The notes beneath the pieces are model-generated. The model had not been told where the DNA came from, ran no database searches, and saw only the letters and a list, made by a program, of their open reading frames with translations. A DNA stretch of 64,000 nt, from contig JALVVL010000007.1 in assembly GCA_027023425.1 (NCBI GenBank), positions 89,205 to 153,204 on the forward strand, read 5' to 3'. Positions 1 through 8,434 of this stretch are shown piece by piece. Position numbers and translations under genes: made by a program. Every line of letters starts with the position of its first letter. The first letter of the stretch is position 1. Source of the stretch: Anaerolineales bacterium. GTDB lineage: Bacteria; Chloroflexota; Anaerolineae; Anaerolineales; DRMV01.

Positions 1-71
1 AAGTTCGTGAGCCGTTGCGTCGTGAAGTCGTTGCGTCGGGCGTTGTCGGGTGGTTCTCCCCCAAATTTGGG

Positions 72-467
72 AAAAACACAGAAGACACAGAATCGCCAAG
101 AAAAAAATTTTTCTGTGTTTTCTGTGTTTTCTGTGATTTTTCTTCAATCGGTGCAAATCTGTGTCAATCGGTGGATAGGGACGCCAAGGGTGCCAAGGAC
201 GCAAAGGCCGCCAAAGATAAAATCCACAGATTACACAGATTAGCACAGATTTTTTTCTGCGGAATCTGTGAAATCTGCGGTTTCTTTTCTTCAATCAGTG
301 CAAATCTGTGTCAATCGGTGGATAGGGACGCCAAGGGCGCCAAGGACACGAAGGACGCCAAGAAAGTAACGCAGAGACGCAGAGAACCGCAAAGGACACC
401 AAGAAAAAATTTCTGTGTTCTCTCTAAATTTCTGTGTCCTCTGTGGTTTTCTTTTTCAATCGGTGGA
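72..467. repeat. Family A modular 'word' mosaic repeat cluster, copy 1 (inverted relative to copy at 27893-28250)
   Basis: Contains S modules (141-176, 279-313, partial 452-467: TCTTCAATCGGTGCAAATCTGTGTCAATCGGTGGAT). Also an H hairpin module (219-273), ACGCCAAGG-type words (178-215, 315-362), ACGCAGAG words (366-385) and CACAGA/TCTGTG words (72-140, 408-447). The same modules recur at 6 other loci in this window. The ORFs here (7..243, 15..560, 311..493) are low-complexity artefacts. Confidence 0.85.
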
Positions 468-479
468 TGTTGTTCCCTG

Positions 480-746
480 TCAGATCTGTTCAAATCGGCT
501 CACTGGCAGCACAAAGATCGCGCCTTGCTTTACAAGCGGCTCGCTTGGTGTTTGCAGTGAGCCTTTGATGATTTCTATTACTTCGTCCACTTGCTCGTCT
601 TCAACGCCTATCAGCATGGTTGTTGAGCCGCGCCGCAAAAATCCGCCCGTGGAAGCAAGTTTGGTGACGCGGAAACCTTTTTCCAGCAGCGCACTCGCAA
701 CATCGGCGCTGTCGGCGGTTTGGACTACGGCAATTAGGAGTTTCAT
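480..746 (-). CDS. darA: PII-like cyclic-di-AMP receptor, DarA/YaaQ family (DUF970), short form
   Basis: The 88-aa ORF matches B. subtilis DarA as I recall it at both ends. N-terminus: MKLLIAVVQ..D...L...GFRVTKLASTGGFLR.G.TT.LIGVED..VDEV. C-terminus: GAIFVLPV..FEQI. The middle loop region is shorter. ATGA start/stop overlap with the upstream kinase gene. Confidence 0.75.
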   Translation of the reverse strand: MKLLIAVVQTADSADVASALLEKGFRVTKLASTGGFLRRGSTTMLIGVEDEQVDEVIEIIKGSLQTPSEPLVKQGAIFVLPVSRFEQI

Positions 747-2314
747 GTTGCCTCCTGTGGGGACTTAGGAGCGATTGGCAGGGAGAAGCAAATGCGCGCG
801 CCCGCTTCAGATGAGTCAACCCAAATGCGCCCGCCGTGAGCCTCTACGATGGCGCGCGCCAAATACAGTCCCAAGCCCGTGCCTTTGGTGTGCTTGATGG
901 CGTCGCGCGAGCGGTAAAAGCGGTCAAAGATAAACGGTGCATCTTCGGGCGCTATCCCGGGGCCTTCATCCTGCACGCATAGCACAACTTCGTTGCTGCG
1001 CGCCGCCCCTTCTACCAATATGGTCGTGTTCGCAGGCGAATATTTGACGGCGTTGGAAAGTAAGTTAGAAACCACCTGCTCAATCCGCTGTTCGTCGGCG
1101 AGCACGTTCGGCAGGTTTTCGGGCACGCGCACCACGAACTTATGCTCGGGAGCGGAGACAGCAAAGCGGTCAACCAGCCTTTGCACAATCGGCTGGAGCG
1201 AAATTTCCGAAAGGCGCAACTCCAGCCCGCCCGCTTGCAACCGCGAAGCCTCCAACAGCATTTCCACCAGTTCAGCGAGGTGGTCGGCTTCTTCTTCAAT
1301 CACGGCAAGGCTTTCTTGCACGATTTCGGGGTCCCAGCGGGCGTCTTCGCGGCGCAGGGTGCTCACATAGCCCTTGATGAGCGCAATTGGGGTTTTGAGT
1401 TCGTGGCTGACAATGGAGATGAAGGTTGATTTGAGTTCGTCGGCTTCGCGGAAAAGGGTGATGTCGCGCACGGTGGCGATGATGTTGAGCAAGCGCCCTT
1501 CGGCGGCGATCAGCGGGGCGTAACTTATGCCGACCGGCAACGGCGGGGCGTTGGGGCGTTTTAGGTCGCCCTGCACGTAAAGCGTGGCGCGCGAGTTGAG
1601 CGGCCAGCCATCTGCTTGGGCAACATCAAGCGGCATTCCGTGCTCAACCCGTTCCCAGCGGATGACCTCATCGTGCGGCCTGCCGCAAATTTTATCGCGC
1701 TGCAACCCCAGCATCCGCGCAAACGCCGGATTGCACCGCTCAATCACATTTGTGGGGGAAAGGATGAACATGCCATCGGCAACGGCGTCCATCAGGGCTT
1801 CAAGCCTTTGCTTTTCGTAGCGCAGTTGTTCGTAAAGCCGTGCATTCCGCACGGCAATTGCCGCTTGGTCGGCAAAATTTTGGAGTACTGAGCGGTCGGT
1901 TGGCGAGAACTCGCCCTGATAACTCCGGAAAATGAAGATGACGCCGATAACTTGCGAGTGGAAAATAAGCGGAAGCCCAACGCCGCTGAGCAAGCCGAGG
2001 CTGGCGGCATGGGTGAGCGCCTGCAGGCGGCGGTAAACTTCGGGGAGTTCGTAGCGCGCGGGGTCCCGGTGTTGGGGCACGTCTTCCAACAACGACTCCA
2101 CGTGGCGCAAAAGCGTGGTTGGCAAGCCGTAAGCCGCGGCAAGATGCCAGCCGCCTTCTTCATCCCGCAGGGCAATCAGCCCCGCCTGCCCGGCGAGCAT
2201 TGCCACCGCCACGCGCAGAATGTGCGCCAGCAGTTTGTCCAGTTCAAGTTCTTCGGTCAGCGCCCGGGTAATTTCCAGCAAATAATCGCGCCGACTGCTA
2301 AAATCGGGTAACAT
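743..2314 (-). CDS. Cytoplasmic sensor histidine kinase (GAF-like + PAS-like + HisKA + HATPase_c)
   Basis: H-box SHELKTPIALIKGY, N-box NLLSNAVKYS, G1 DEGPGI, G2 GTGLGLYLA. GAF-like N-terminus and a PAS-like segment (LEALMDAVADGMFIL..IERCNPAF). No TM helix seen. No response regulator in the window. Confidence 0.9.
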   Translation of the reverse strand: MLPDFSSRRDYLLEITRALTEELELDKLLAHILRVAVAMLAGQAGLIALRDEEGGWHLAAAYGLPTTLLRHVESLLEDVPQHRDPARYELPEVYRRLQALTHAASLGLLSGVGLPLIFHSQVIGVIFIFRSYQGEFSPTDRSVLQNFADQAAIAVRNARLYEQLRYEKQRLEALMDAVADGMFILSPTNVIERCNPAFARMLGLQRDKICGRPHDEVIRWERVEHGMPLDVAQADGWPLNSRATLYVQGDLKRPNAPPLPVGISYAPLIAAEGRLLNIIATVRDITLFREADELKSTFISIVSHELKTPIALIKGYVSTLRREDARWDPEIVQESLAVIEEEADHLAELVEMLLEASRLQAGGLELRLSEISLQPIVQRLVDRFAVSAPEHKFVVRVPENLPNVLADEQRIEQVVSNLLSNAVKYSPANTTILVEGAARSNEVVLCVQDEGPGIAPEDAPFIFDRFYRSRDAIKHTKGTGLGLYLARAIVEAHGGRIWVDSSEAGARICFSLPIAPKSPQEAT

Positions 2315-2324
2315 CCCTACCTTC

Positions 2325-2385
2325 CTAACGACTCAACGCCCCAACGCCCCAACGACCTAACGACCCAACGACCCAACGACCTAAC
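2325..2385. repeat. Octamer tandem repeat (CYAACGMC x 7.6) forming the whole rsgA-to-kinase intercistronic spacer
   Basis: Read directly: ctaacgac tcaacgcc ccaacgcc ccaacgac ctaacgac ccaacgac ccaacgac ctaac. It ends exactly at the rsgA stop (2386-2388). Related GTCGTTG(C/G)G words occur at 1-50 and 49053-49078. Confidence 0.9.
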
Positions 2386-3324
2386 TCACTCCTCCTCCCC
2401 GCCCAACCTCAGGCGCAGGTAGGAGCGGTAACGCTCGGGGTGAATTTTGCCTTCGGCCACAGCTTGGCGGATGGCGCATCCGGGTTCATGGGTGTGGGTG
2501 CAATCGCTGAAGCGGCAAAGGGGCACCAAATCGCGAAATTCGGGGAAGTAGCCGTCTAATTCCTCAGGCTCAATATCCCAGAGCGAAAGGGCTTTGAGGC
2601 CGGGGGTGTCGGCTACCCATCCGCCGCCTTCCAGCGGGAACATTTGCCGCACAACGGTGGTGTGCTTGCCTTTGCCGGTGGCTTTGCTGATTTCGCGCAC
2701 TGCAAGCCCCAAGCCGGGCTGGATTGCGTTCAGCAGGCTGGATTTGCCGACCCCCGACGGGCCAGCAAACACCGAAACTTTGCCGGTAAGCCGCTCGCGC
2801 AATTCGTCCACCCCTTCCCCTGTGACAACTGAGGTGTAAATCACCGGATAGCCAATGGTTTCGTAGTGCCCGAAAATTTCTTTGGCTTTTTCTTTGCCCA
2901 CCAAGTCCACTTTGTTGGCGACGATAAGCGCGGGGATTTCTTGCTTTTCGCTGATGACGAGGAAGCGGTCAAGCATCCGCAGGCGGGGCTCGGGCTGGGC
3001 ACAGGCGAAGACGAAGACGGCTTGGTCGGGGTTGGCGATGATGATTTGTTCGTATTCGCCGCGCGGGGTGGGTGCCATCCGCGAAAGTTTGCGCGTGCGC
3101 GGCTCAATCGCCTCAATCAGGCCGGTGCCGTCGGGCAGGCGGCGGAAGCGTACCCAGTCGCCCACGGCTACGAGGTCGCCGCGGCGCGGGCCACGCTTCA
3201 GTTTTCCCCGCAGCCGGCAGACGATTTCGTCGCCGTCTTCGGTGTGGACGGTGTAAAAGCCCGACTGCGAGCGGATTACCAGCCCGCGGGGCAGGTTTTC
3301 AGCGGTGTTTTTGGTGTTGCTCAT
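2386..3324 (-). CDS. rsgA: Ribosome small-subunit-dependent GTPase A (RsgA/YjeQ)
   Basis: Circularly permuted GTPase motifs NKVDL, then GPSGVGKSSLLN, then DTPG. C-terminal zinc knuckle CRFSDCTHTHEPGCA. Start moved to the ATG at 3324 (MSNTKN...), which gives an ATGA overlap with the PBP stop. The longer ORF start at 3396 would overlap the PBP gene. Confidence 0.9.
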   Translation of the reverse strand: MSNTKNTAENLPRGLVIRSQSGFYTVHTEDGDEIVCRLRGKLKRGPRRGDLVAVGDWVRFRRLPDGTGLIEAIEPRTRKLSRMAPTPRGEYEQIIIANPDQAVFVFACAQPEPRLRMLDRFLVISEKQEIPALIVANKVDLVGKEKAKEIFGHYETIGYPVIYTSVVTGEGVDELRERLTGKVSVFAGPSGVGKSSLLNAIQPGLGLAVREISKATGKGKHTTVVRQMFPLEGGGWVADTPGLKALSLWDIEPEELDGYFPEFRDLVPLCRFSDCTHTHEPGCAIRQAVAEGKIHPERYRSYLRLRLGGEEE

Positions 3325-5525
3325 GGTTTTGGAGTTTCCGTTGGCGGGGTGCCGGTGGGTTTGGGCGTGGCGGTAACGCCAATTTGGGCTTCCCACGGGT
3401 AAAGGGCTAACGGCCGCCCGTAGAAGTAATCTTCAATCACGCGGCGCACAATCGGCGCGGCCACGTCTGCTCCCTCGCCGCCGTATTCCACCACCACTGC
3501 AACCGCGATGTCGGGTTTGTCTTCTTTTTGGGCGTCGGTGAATGCAGTAAACCACGCGTGCGGCTTTCCGGCGGCGGTGCTGGCCGTGCCGGTTTTGCCG
3601 TAAATTGGTATGCCGAAGTTGATGAAGCGCCAATAGGCCGTGCCGCGCGGGCTTGAAACCACCAATCCCATCCCTTTGCGGATGATGGCGAGGTTTTCGG
3701 GGCTGACAGGCAGTTTGCCGCGCACTTCGGGTTTGAATTGATGGAACACCTTGCCCTCAGGCGAAACCACTTTTTCAATGATGTGAGGCACGTACAGCGT
3801 GCCGCCGTTGCCCACCGCGGCGATGTAATCGGCAACTTGGAGCGGCGTCACCAAGGTCGTGCCCTGCCCAATCGCCTGCTGGACGGCTTCGCGCTCGTTG
3901 GTCGGGTCGGTTATTTGCCCTGCCTCGTCGCCGATTTCTATGCCCGTGGGCGAGCCAAGCCCGAAGCCGCGCGCCATCTGCGCCACGGCGTTGTATTTGT
4001 AGTTTTTGTAGAGGTCAAGCCCGATGTGCCAAAAGTAGGGGTTGCACGAGCGCATCAGGCCTTCTGGCAGGTTGAGTTTGCCGCTTGGCGGGAAGCCGTG
4101 GTCGTAGGTCCAGTCGTAAAGCGTCAGGCCGGGGATTTCGGTGAATTTGTAGCCGCAGTTGTAAATTGTATCTTCTTTGAAGCGTCCACTTTCCAGCGCC
4201 GCGGCCATGGTGATGATTTTGAAGATTGAGCCGGGTGGATAGAGCCCGTGGGTGGCGCGGTTTAGGAGGGGTTTGGCGGGGTTGTTGAGTTGTTGCAAGA
4301 GCGCCGCGCTGTTGAAGTTTGCCGATTCAAAGGCGTTGGGGTCAAAGCCGGGGGAAGAAACCAGCGCGAGCACGCGGCCGGTGTCGCGTTCAAGCACCAC
4401 CACCGCGCCAACAAAGCCGCTGATGGCTTCTTGCGCCTGAATTTGCAGTTTGCGGTCAATGGTGGTGTAAATTGTGTCGGAAGGTTTGCTCTCGCCCGCG
4501 GCGAGTTGGCTCACGATGTTGCCTTTGGAATCCACCACGTAGAGCCTGCCGCCGTTTTTACCGGCGAGATATTTTTCTCCCCAGCGCTCCACGCCCATTC
4601 GCCCTATTTTTTGGTCAAGCCGGTAGCCTTTGCGGCGGTATTCGGCCACTTCGTCGGGCTGGAGGGCGCTGACATAGCCTACGCCGTGCGGAGAGACGCC
4701 TTCATGGTAGTAAAAACGTCCGCTGTAGCGGCGGAGCACAATGCCCGAATAGCCCGCAAGGGCTTTGTAGTATTTGTCGGCCACATCGGCGGAAACTTCG
4801 GCAATGGGTACATACCAGCCTGATGGGGCGTTGTTGATTTTTGCACGGATTGCCGAGGGGCTTAGCCCCGTGACGCGCCACAGCAGGTTCACCAAGTCAT
4901 CAACCTTGTCCTTGTCCAACTGCGCGGGGAAAAGCCCGATTGAGAGGGCTTGGGTTTGGGTGGCGATTACTTTGCCGTCTCGGTCTAAAATTTCGCCGCG
5001 GGCGGGCACTTGCAATTCCATAGCGAGTTTGTAGCCACCGTGCAGTTCGGGCAAAATTAGGGCTTCATCCCACTGGACGCGCCACGCTCCTTTCTCCAAA
5101 CTTAGGTTCATCACAGTATCGCGGGAAATGTCGCCCACGACTGCACTGTGCAGGGTTACGGAATAGGCAACCTGCGCGGTGTGCGGTTTGACCAGCGAAG
5201 ACTTGATGGCGTAATCCACACCTTGCAGGGCGGCGTTTTCGGCCACGTCTTCGTAGTATTCGGCAAATTTTTTCTCGCTGATGGCATCTTTGCTGACTGA
5301 GGTGAGCAAGCCGTACATGGTTGGGTAGTCGTTCTTTTGCCACGCCTGCAAGTAAGCCTCGGCCACTGCCTTTGGGTCGGGCACATGGGTGGTAATCACC
5401 TGTGGCGAGGGTAGTGATGGAGTCTTTGCGGGCGCGGTGGTGGAGGTGGGCGCGGGGTTGCATCCGCCCAGCCACGCGGCCAAGAAAATTATCAACAATA
5501 GGTTTTGCCAGCGAAAGCGGTGCAT
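3321..5525 (-). CDS. Class B penicillin-binding protein (transpeptidase) with NTF2/MecA_N-like N-terminal domain; lipoprotein signal
   Basis: SxxK (SIFK), SxN (SCN) and KTG(T) motifs in order. N-terminal AVAEAYLQAWQKNDY... resembles the NTF2-like domain of PBP2a-type proteins. Start set at MHRFRWQNLLLIIFLAAWLGGC (lipobox LGGC) with GGAG 5 nt upstream. Confidence 0.85.
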   Translation of the reverse strand: MHRFRWQNLLLIIFLAAWLGGCNPAPTSTTAPAKTPSLPSPQVITTHVPDPKAVAEAYLQAWQKNDYPTMYGLLTSVSKDAISEKKFAEYYEDVAENAALQGVDYAIKSSLVKPHTAQVAYSVTLHSAVVGDISRDTVMNLSLEKGAWRVQWDEALILPELHGGYKLAMELQVPARGEILDRDGKVIATQTQALSIGLFPAQLDKDKVDDLVNLLWRVTGLSPSAIRAKINNAPSGWYVPIAEVSADVADKYYKALAGYSGIVLRRYSGRFYYHEGVSPHGVGYVSALQPDEVAEYRRKGYRLDQKIGRMGVERWGEKYLAGKNGGRLYVVDSKGNIVSQLAAGESKPSDTIYTTIDRKLQIQAQEAISGFVGAVVVLERDTGRVLALVSSPGFDPNAFESANFNSAALLQQLNNPAKPLLNRATHGLYPPGSIFKIITMAAALESGRFKEDTIYNCGYKFTEIPGLTLYDWTYDHGFPPSGKLNLPEGLMRSCNPYFWHIGLDLYKNYKYNAVAQMARGFGLGSPTGIEIGDEAGQITDPTNEREAVQQAIGQGTTLVTPLQVADYIAAVGNGGTLYVPHIIEKVVSPEGKVFHQFKPEVRGKLPVSPENLAIIRKGMGLVVSSPRGTAYWRFINFGIPIYGKTGTASTAAGKPHAWFTAFTDAQKEDKPDIAVAVVVEYGGEGADVAAPIVRRVIEDYFYGRPLALYPWEAQIGVTATPKPTGTPPTETPKP

Positions 5526-5717
5526 AGCAACTCCAAAATTTGGAGGGCTTTTTTGCAGGTGTGGGGGCGCTAAAGCGCGGTTTCCCAATTGTACCCCAAA
5601 CCGGTGGATGGGTTTGGGGGCTGGAGTTGTTTCCTCCTCCCTCTGCCGCGGCTGCCGAGTTGCCCCAAACGTGCTACAATAAACGCGCCAAAAGCAAAAC
5701 CCAATCGGAGGTTTCCC

Positions 5718-6965
5718 ATGAGCGAGCCTGACTGTCTCTCCATACTTGATGTTCCTCGCATCCGTGCCGATTTTCCTGTGCTGGGGCGGGAAGTCCGCCC
5801 GGGCGTTCCGCTGGTTTACCTTGATTCAACGGCAACCAGCCAAAAGCCCAAGCAGGTGCTGGATGTGCTCACGAATTTTTACCGCGCTCATAACGCCAAT
5901 GTGCACCGCGGCATCTACACTTTGGCCGAAGAGGCCACCGCGGCTTACGAAGAGGCGCGCGCCAAAGTCGCCGCTTTCATTGGCGCTTCTTCTCCCGAAG
6001 AAATCGTGTTCGTCCGCAACGCCACCGAGGCTATCAACCTTGTTGCCTATTCTTGGGGGCGGGCTAACCTGAAGGAAGGCGACCTCGTTTTGCTCACCGA
6101 ACTGGAGCACCATGCCAACCTTGTGCCGTGGCAGATGCTGGCCGCCGAGCGCGGCATACGGCTGGAATTTGTGCCGGTGACGCCCGACGGCGCTTTGGAT
6201 ATGGAAGCCCTGCCCGAATTGCTGGCTTTGGAGCCGAAATTGGTTGCCGTAAGCGGCATGTCCAATGTGACAGGGTTTCAGCCTGATGTGAAGTCAATAG
6301 CCCGCGCCGCCCACGATGCCGGTGCGCTGGTGTTGGTGGACGGCGCGCAACTTGTGCCCCATGCCCCTGTGGATGTGCAGGAATTGGGTGTTGATTTCCT
6401 TGGCTTTTCGTCCCATAAAATGCTCGGCCCAACGGGTGTGGGCGTGCTCTATGCCCGCCGCGACCTGCTGGAGGCAATGCCGCCCTTCCTCGGCGGCGGC
6501 GATATGATCCGCTGGGTGAAATTGCGTGAATTTGCTACCAACGATATTCCCTACAAGTTTGAGGCCGGTACGCCGCCGATTGCCGAGGCAGTGGCTTTGG
6601 GCGCGGCGGTGGACTATTTGCGCTCCATCGGCATGGAAAAAATTCACGCCTACGAGCAGGCTTTGGCAGAGTATGTGCTGCCGCGCCTCCAAGAAGTCCC
6701 CGGCTTGCACGTGCTCGGCACGACGCTTGAGCGCCGCGGGGCGGTTTTCTCTTTCTGGATGGACGATATTCACGCCCATGATGTTTCGCAAGTGCTGGAC
6801 TACTACGGGATTGCGGTGCGCGCCGGCCACCACTGCGCTCAGCCGCTTCACACCAAGTTTGGCGTAACTGCCACCGCGCGCGCCAGTTTCTACATCTACA
6901 ACACCCCCGACGAAGCCGACCGCCTTATCGCCGCGCTTTACAAGGTGAAGGAAAAGTTTGGGTAA
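5718..6965 (+). CDS. sufS: Cysteine desulfurase, SufS type
   Basis: PLP-lysine motif SSHKMLGPTGVG and catalytic-cysteine loop RAGHHCAQP. Start at the ATG at 5718 preceded by GGAGG. Followed by sufU. Confidence 0.9.
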   Translation: MSEPDCLSILDVPRIRADFPVLGREVRPGVPLVYLDSTATSQKPKQVLDVLTNFYRAHNANVHRGIYTLAEEATAAYEEARAKVAAFIGASSPEEIVFVRNATEAINLVAYSWGRANLKEGDLVLLTELEHHANLVPWQMLAAERGIRLEFVPVTPDGALDMEALPELLALEPKLVAVSGMSNVTGFQPDVKSIARAAHDAGALVLVDGAQLVPHAPVDVQELGVDFLGFSSHKMLGPTGVGVLYARRDLLEAMPPFLGGGDMIRWVKLREFATNDIPYKFEAGTPPIAEAVALGAAVDYLRSIGMEKIHAYEQALAEYVLPRLQEVPGLHVLGTTLERRGAVFSFWMDDIHAHDVSQVLDYYGIAVRAGHHCAQPLHTKFGVTATARASFYIYNTPDEADRLIAALYKVKEKFG

Positions 6966-6967
6966 GA

Positions 6968-7012
6968 GTGCTCCGGTGTCATGTGCTCCGGTGTCATGTG
7001 TTCCGGTGTCAG
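6968..7012. repeat. 15-nt tandem repeat (GTGCTCCGGTGTCAT x3) in the sufS-sufU spacer
   Basis: Units at 6968-6982, 6983-6997 and 6998-7012 (the third has 2 substitutions). The repeat ends in the AGGAGG Shine-Dalgarno of sufU. It resembles the reverse complement of the 15-mer repeat at 29518-29577. Confidence 0.9.
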
Positions 7013-7022
7013 GAGGTGCTTT

Positions 7023-7394
7023 ATGGAAGACCTTTATCGCGAGCAAATTTTAGACCGCTACAAAGCCCCACGCCATCGTGGTCACCTTGAAGATTACGAT
7101 ATTGCTTACGAAGATGACAACCCCACCTGCGGCGACCACATACGCATTGAACTTAAAGTGCAGGATGGCCGCGTGGTTGATGCCCGTTTTGACGGGCAGG
7201 GTTGCGCCATTTCGCAGGCTTCTGCCGACCTTTTGCTTGATGAGGTTATCGGCAAACCGATTGAAGAGGTCAAGCAAATTTCCAAGGACGATTTGCTTGA
7301 AATTTTGGGCATAACGCTTGGTCCCGTTCGCCTCAAGTGCGCTTTGCTCTCGCTCAAGGTGCTCAAAGCAGGAGTGTACGGGCTTGGTGCATAA
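7023..7394 (+). CDS. sufU: Fe-S cluster assembly scaffold/sulfurtransferase SufU (IscU/NifU-N-like)
   Basis: MEDLYREQILDRYKAPRHRG..., conserved cysteines in CGD, GCAIS and LKCALL contexts. AGGAGG lies 6 nt upstream of the ATG at 7023. Confidence 0.85.
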   Translation: MEDLYREQILDRYKAPRHRGHLEDYDIAYEDDNPTCGDHIRIELKVQDGRVVDARFDGQGCAISQASADLLLDEVIGKPIEEVKQISKDDLLEILGITLGPVRLKCALLSLKVLKAGVYGLGA

Positions 7395-7445
7395 TCCACC
7401 TTGATTGTTGATTTAGGTCTTTTGCAACTTAGCATCCAAATTTTT

Positions 7446-7576
7446 GATCTCTCCCTACCCCCGCTACGGCGACGCTATCGCGTCACCGTAGCCGCCCCCT
7501 TCCCTCCATTACTAAGGGAGGGAAGGGGGCAGATGAGCCGAGCGCCAGCGAGGCTCATCGGGGGATAGGTGAGATC
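7446..7576. repeat. Family B nested multi-hairpin palindromic element, copy 1
   Basis: Closing inverted repeat GATCTCTCCCTACCCCCG / CGGGGGATAGGTGAGATC encloses three hairpins. These are CTACGGCGACGC..GCGTCACCGTAG, GCCCCCTTCCCTCC-attacta-GGAGGGAAGGGGGC and GATGAGCC..GGCTCATC. Homologous copies at 11840-11904, 22039-22142 and 52459-52586. Confidence 0.85.
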
Positions 7577-7609
7577 TTGCCCTAAGCAGGATGGATAACA
7601 CTTTCCGGA

Positions 7610-8434
7610 ATGCCTAAAATCTTGTTTGATAATGCATTGCGCAAGAGAAAGAAGGCTAACGCCGCTCTCTTGAGCGTGCTCATTTGGTCGCTTCTTCTGC
7701 TGTATTTTCTCTTGGCCGCCGGTTTGCTTTCGGGCGTGCTTCCTCGCGGCTGGCGCGCTGCCGGTTTGCCGGTGCTCACCCTCATCGCTTGGGGCACGGC
7801 GATTTTGCACGCTGTGGCTTCGCTCGGCGGCTGGGCGGCTGCGCTTTTCTTCGGCATTTCTTTTGCCGTTTCGCTTGGGATGGAGACCCTTGGCGTGCGC
7901 ACCGGTTTGGTTTACGGCGCATACCACTACACACCAAAACTTGGCTTTAGGGTGTTTGGGCTTGTTCCTGTGCTGATACCGCTGGCTTGGTTTGTGATGG
8001 TGTATCCGGGATGGGCGATGGCGCGGCGCATCGTTCCGAAGCGCGGCGCTTTGCGCAAAGCCGCTGTGGGCGCGGTTGGCGCTTTTGCCGTCACCGCTTG
8101 GGATTTGGCGTTAGACCCTTTTATGGTCAAGCGCGGGTATTGGGTTTGGGAGAATGGCGGCGGTTTTTTCGGTGTCCCCCTGCACAACTTTGCTGGTTGG
8201 TGGCTGACGGTGTTTTTGGTTTTGGCTTTGTTTGAGGCGCTTGGGGAATGGAAGCCCTGTCGCCCCAACGCTTTTTCCCTTCAGCCGGTGGTGCTTTATG
8301 CCGTGATGGGCTTTACCACTGTTTGGGCGGCTTTGCAGAATGGATTGGGCGGCCCCGCGTTGGCCGGTGCGTTTGCCATGTTGCCTTGGGCGCTTTGGGG
8401 ATGGGCTTCCGCTCGCGAAGGGGATGAGGCATGA
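7610..8434 (+). CDS. Polytopic membrane protein, carotenoid-biosynthesis-protein-like (DUF422/PF04240-like)
   Basis: About 7 predicted TM segments. The motifs VLIPLAWFVMVYPGW and PLHNFAGWWLTVF resemble the DUF422 family as I recall it. The family call is from memory only. Confidence 0.5.
   Translation: MPKILFDNALRKRKKANAALLSVLIWSLLLLYFLLAAGLLSGVLPRGWRAAGLPVLTLIAWGTAILHAVASLGGWAAALFFGISFAVSLGMETLGVRTGLVYGAYHYTPKLGFRVFGLVPVLIPLAWFVMVYPGWAMARRIVPKRGALRKAAVGAVGAFAVTAWDLALDPFMVKRGYWVWENGGGFFGVPLHNFAGWWLTVFLVLALFEALGEWKPCRPNAFSLQPVVLYAVMGFTTVWAALQNGLGGPALAGAFAMLPWALWGWASAREGDEA

Noticed and set aside
15-560. Long ORFs inside repeat clusters as real proteins (15..560 181 aa; also 27623..28402 259 aa, 54426..55190 254 aa, 32974..33273, 26436..26681).
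   Set aside because: Their sequences are low-complexity translations of the repeat words (HRLHRLAQIF, TEDTE, QRRREPQR, ...STD). They occur on both strands of the same DNA, recur wherever the repeat recurs, and have no start context.
7446-7576. Family B cloverleaf-like element as a tRNA or tRNA-like gene.
   Set aside because: At about 130 nt with 14-17-bp GC-rich arms it is far from tRNA dimensions. It has no T-loop (GTTCRANYC) or D-loop consensus, and no CCA or anticodon-loop geometry. I found no tRNA, rRNA, tmRNA or RNase P consensus anywhere in the window by eye.
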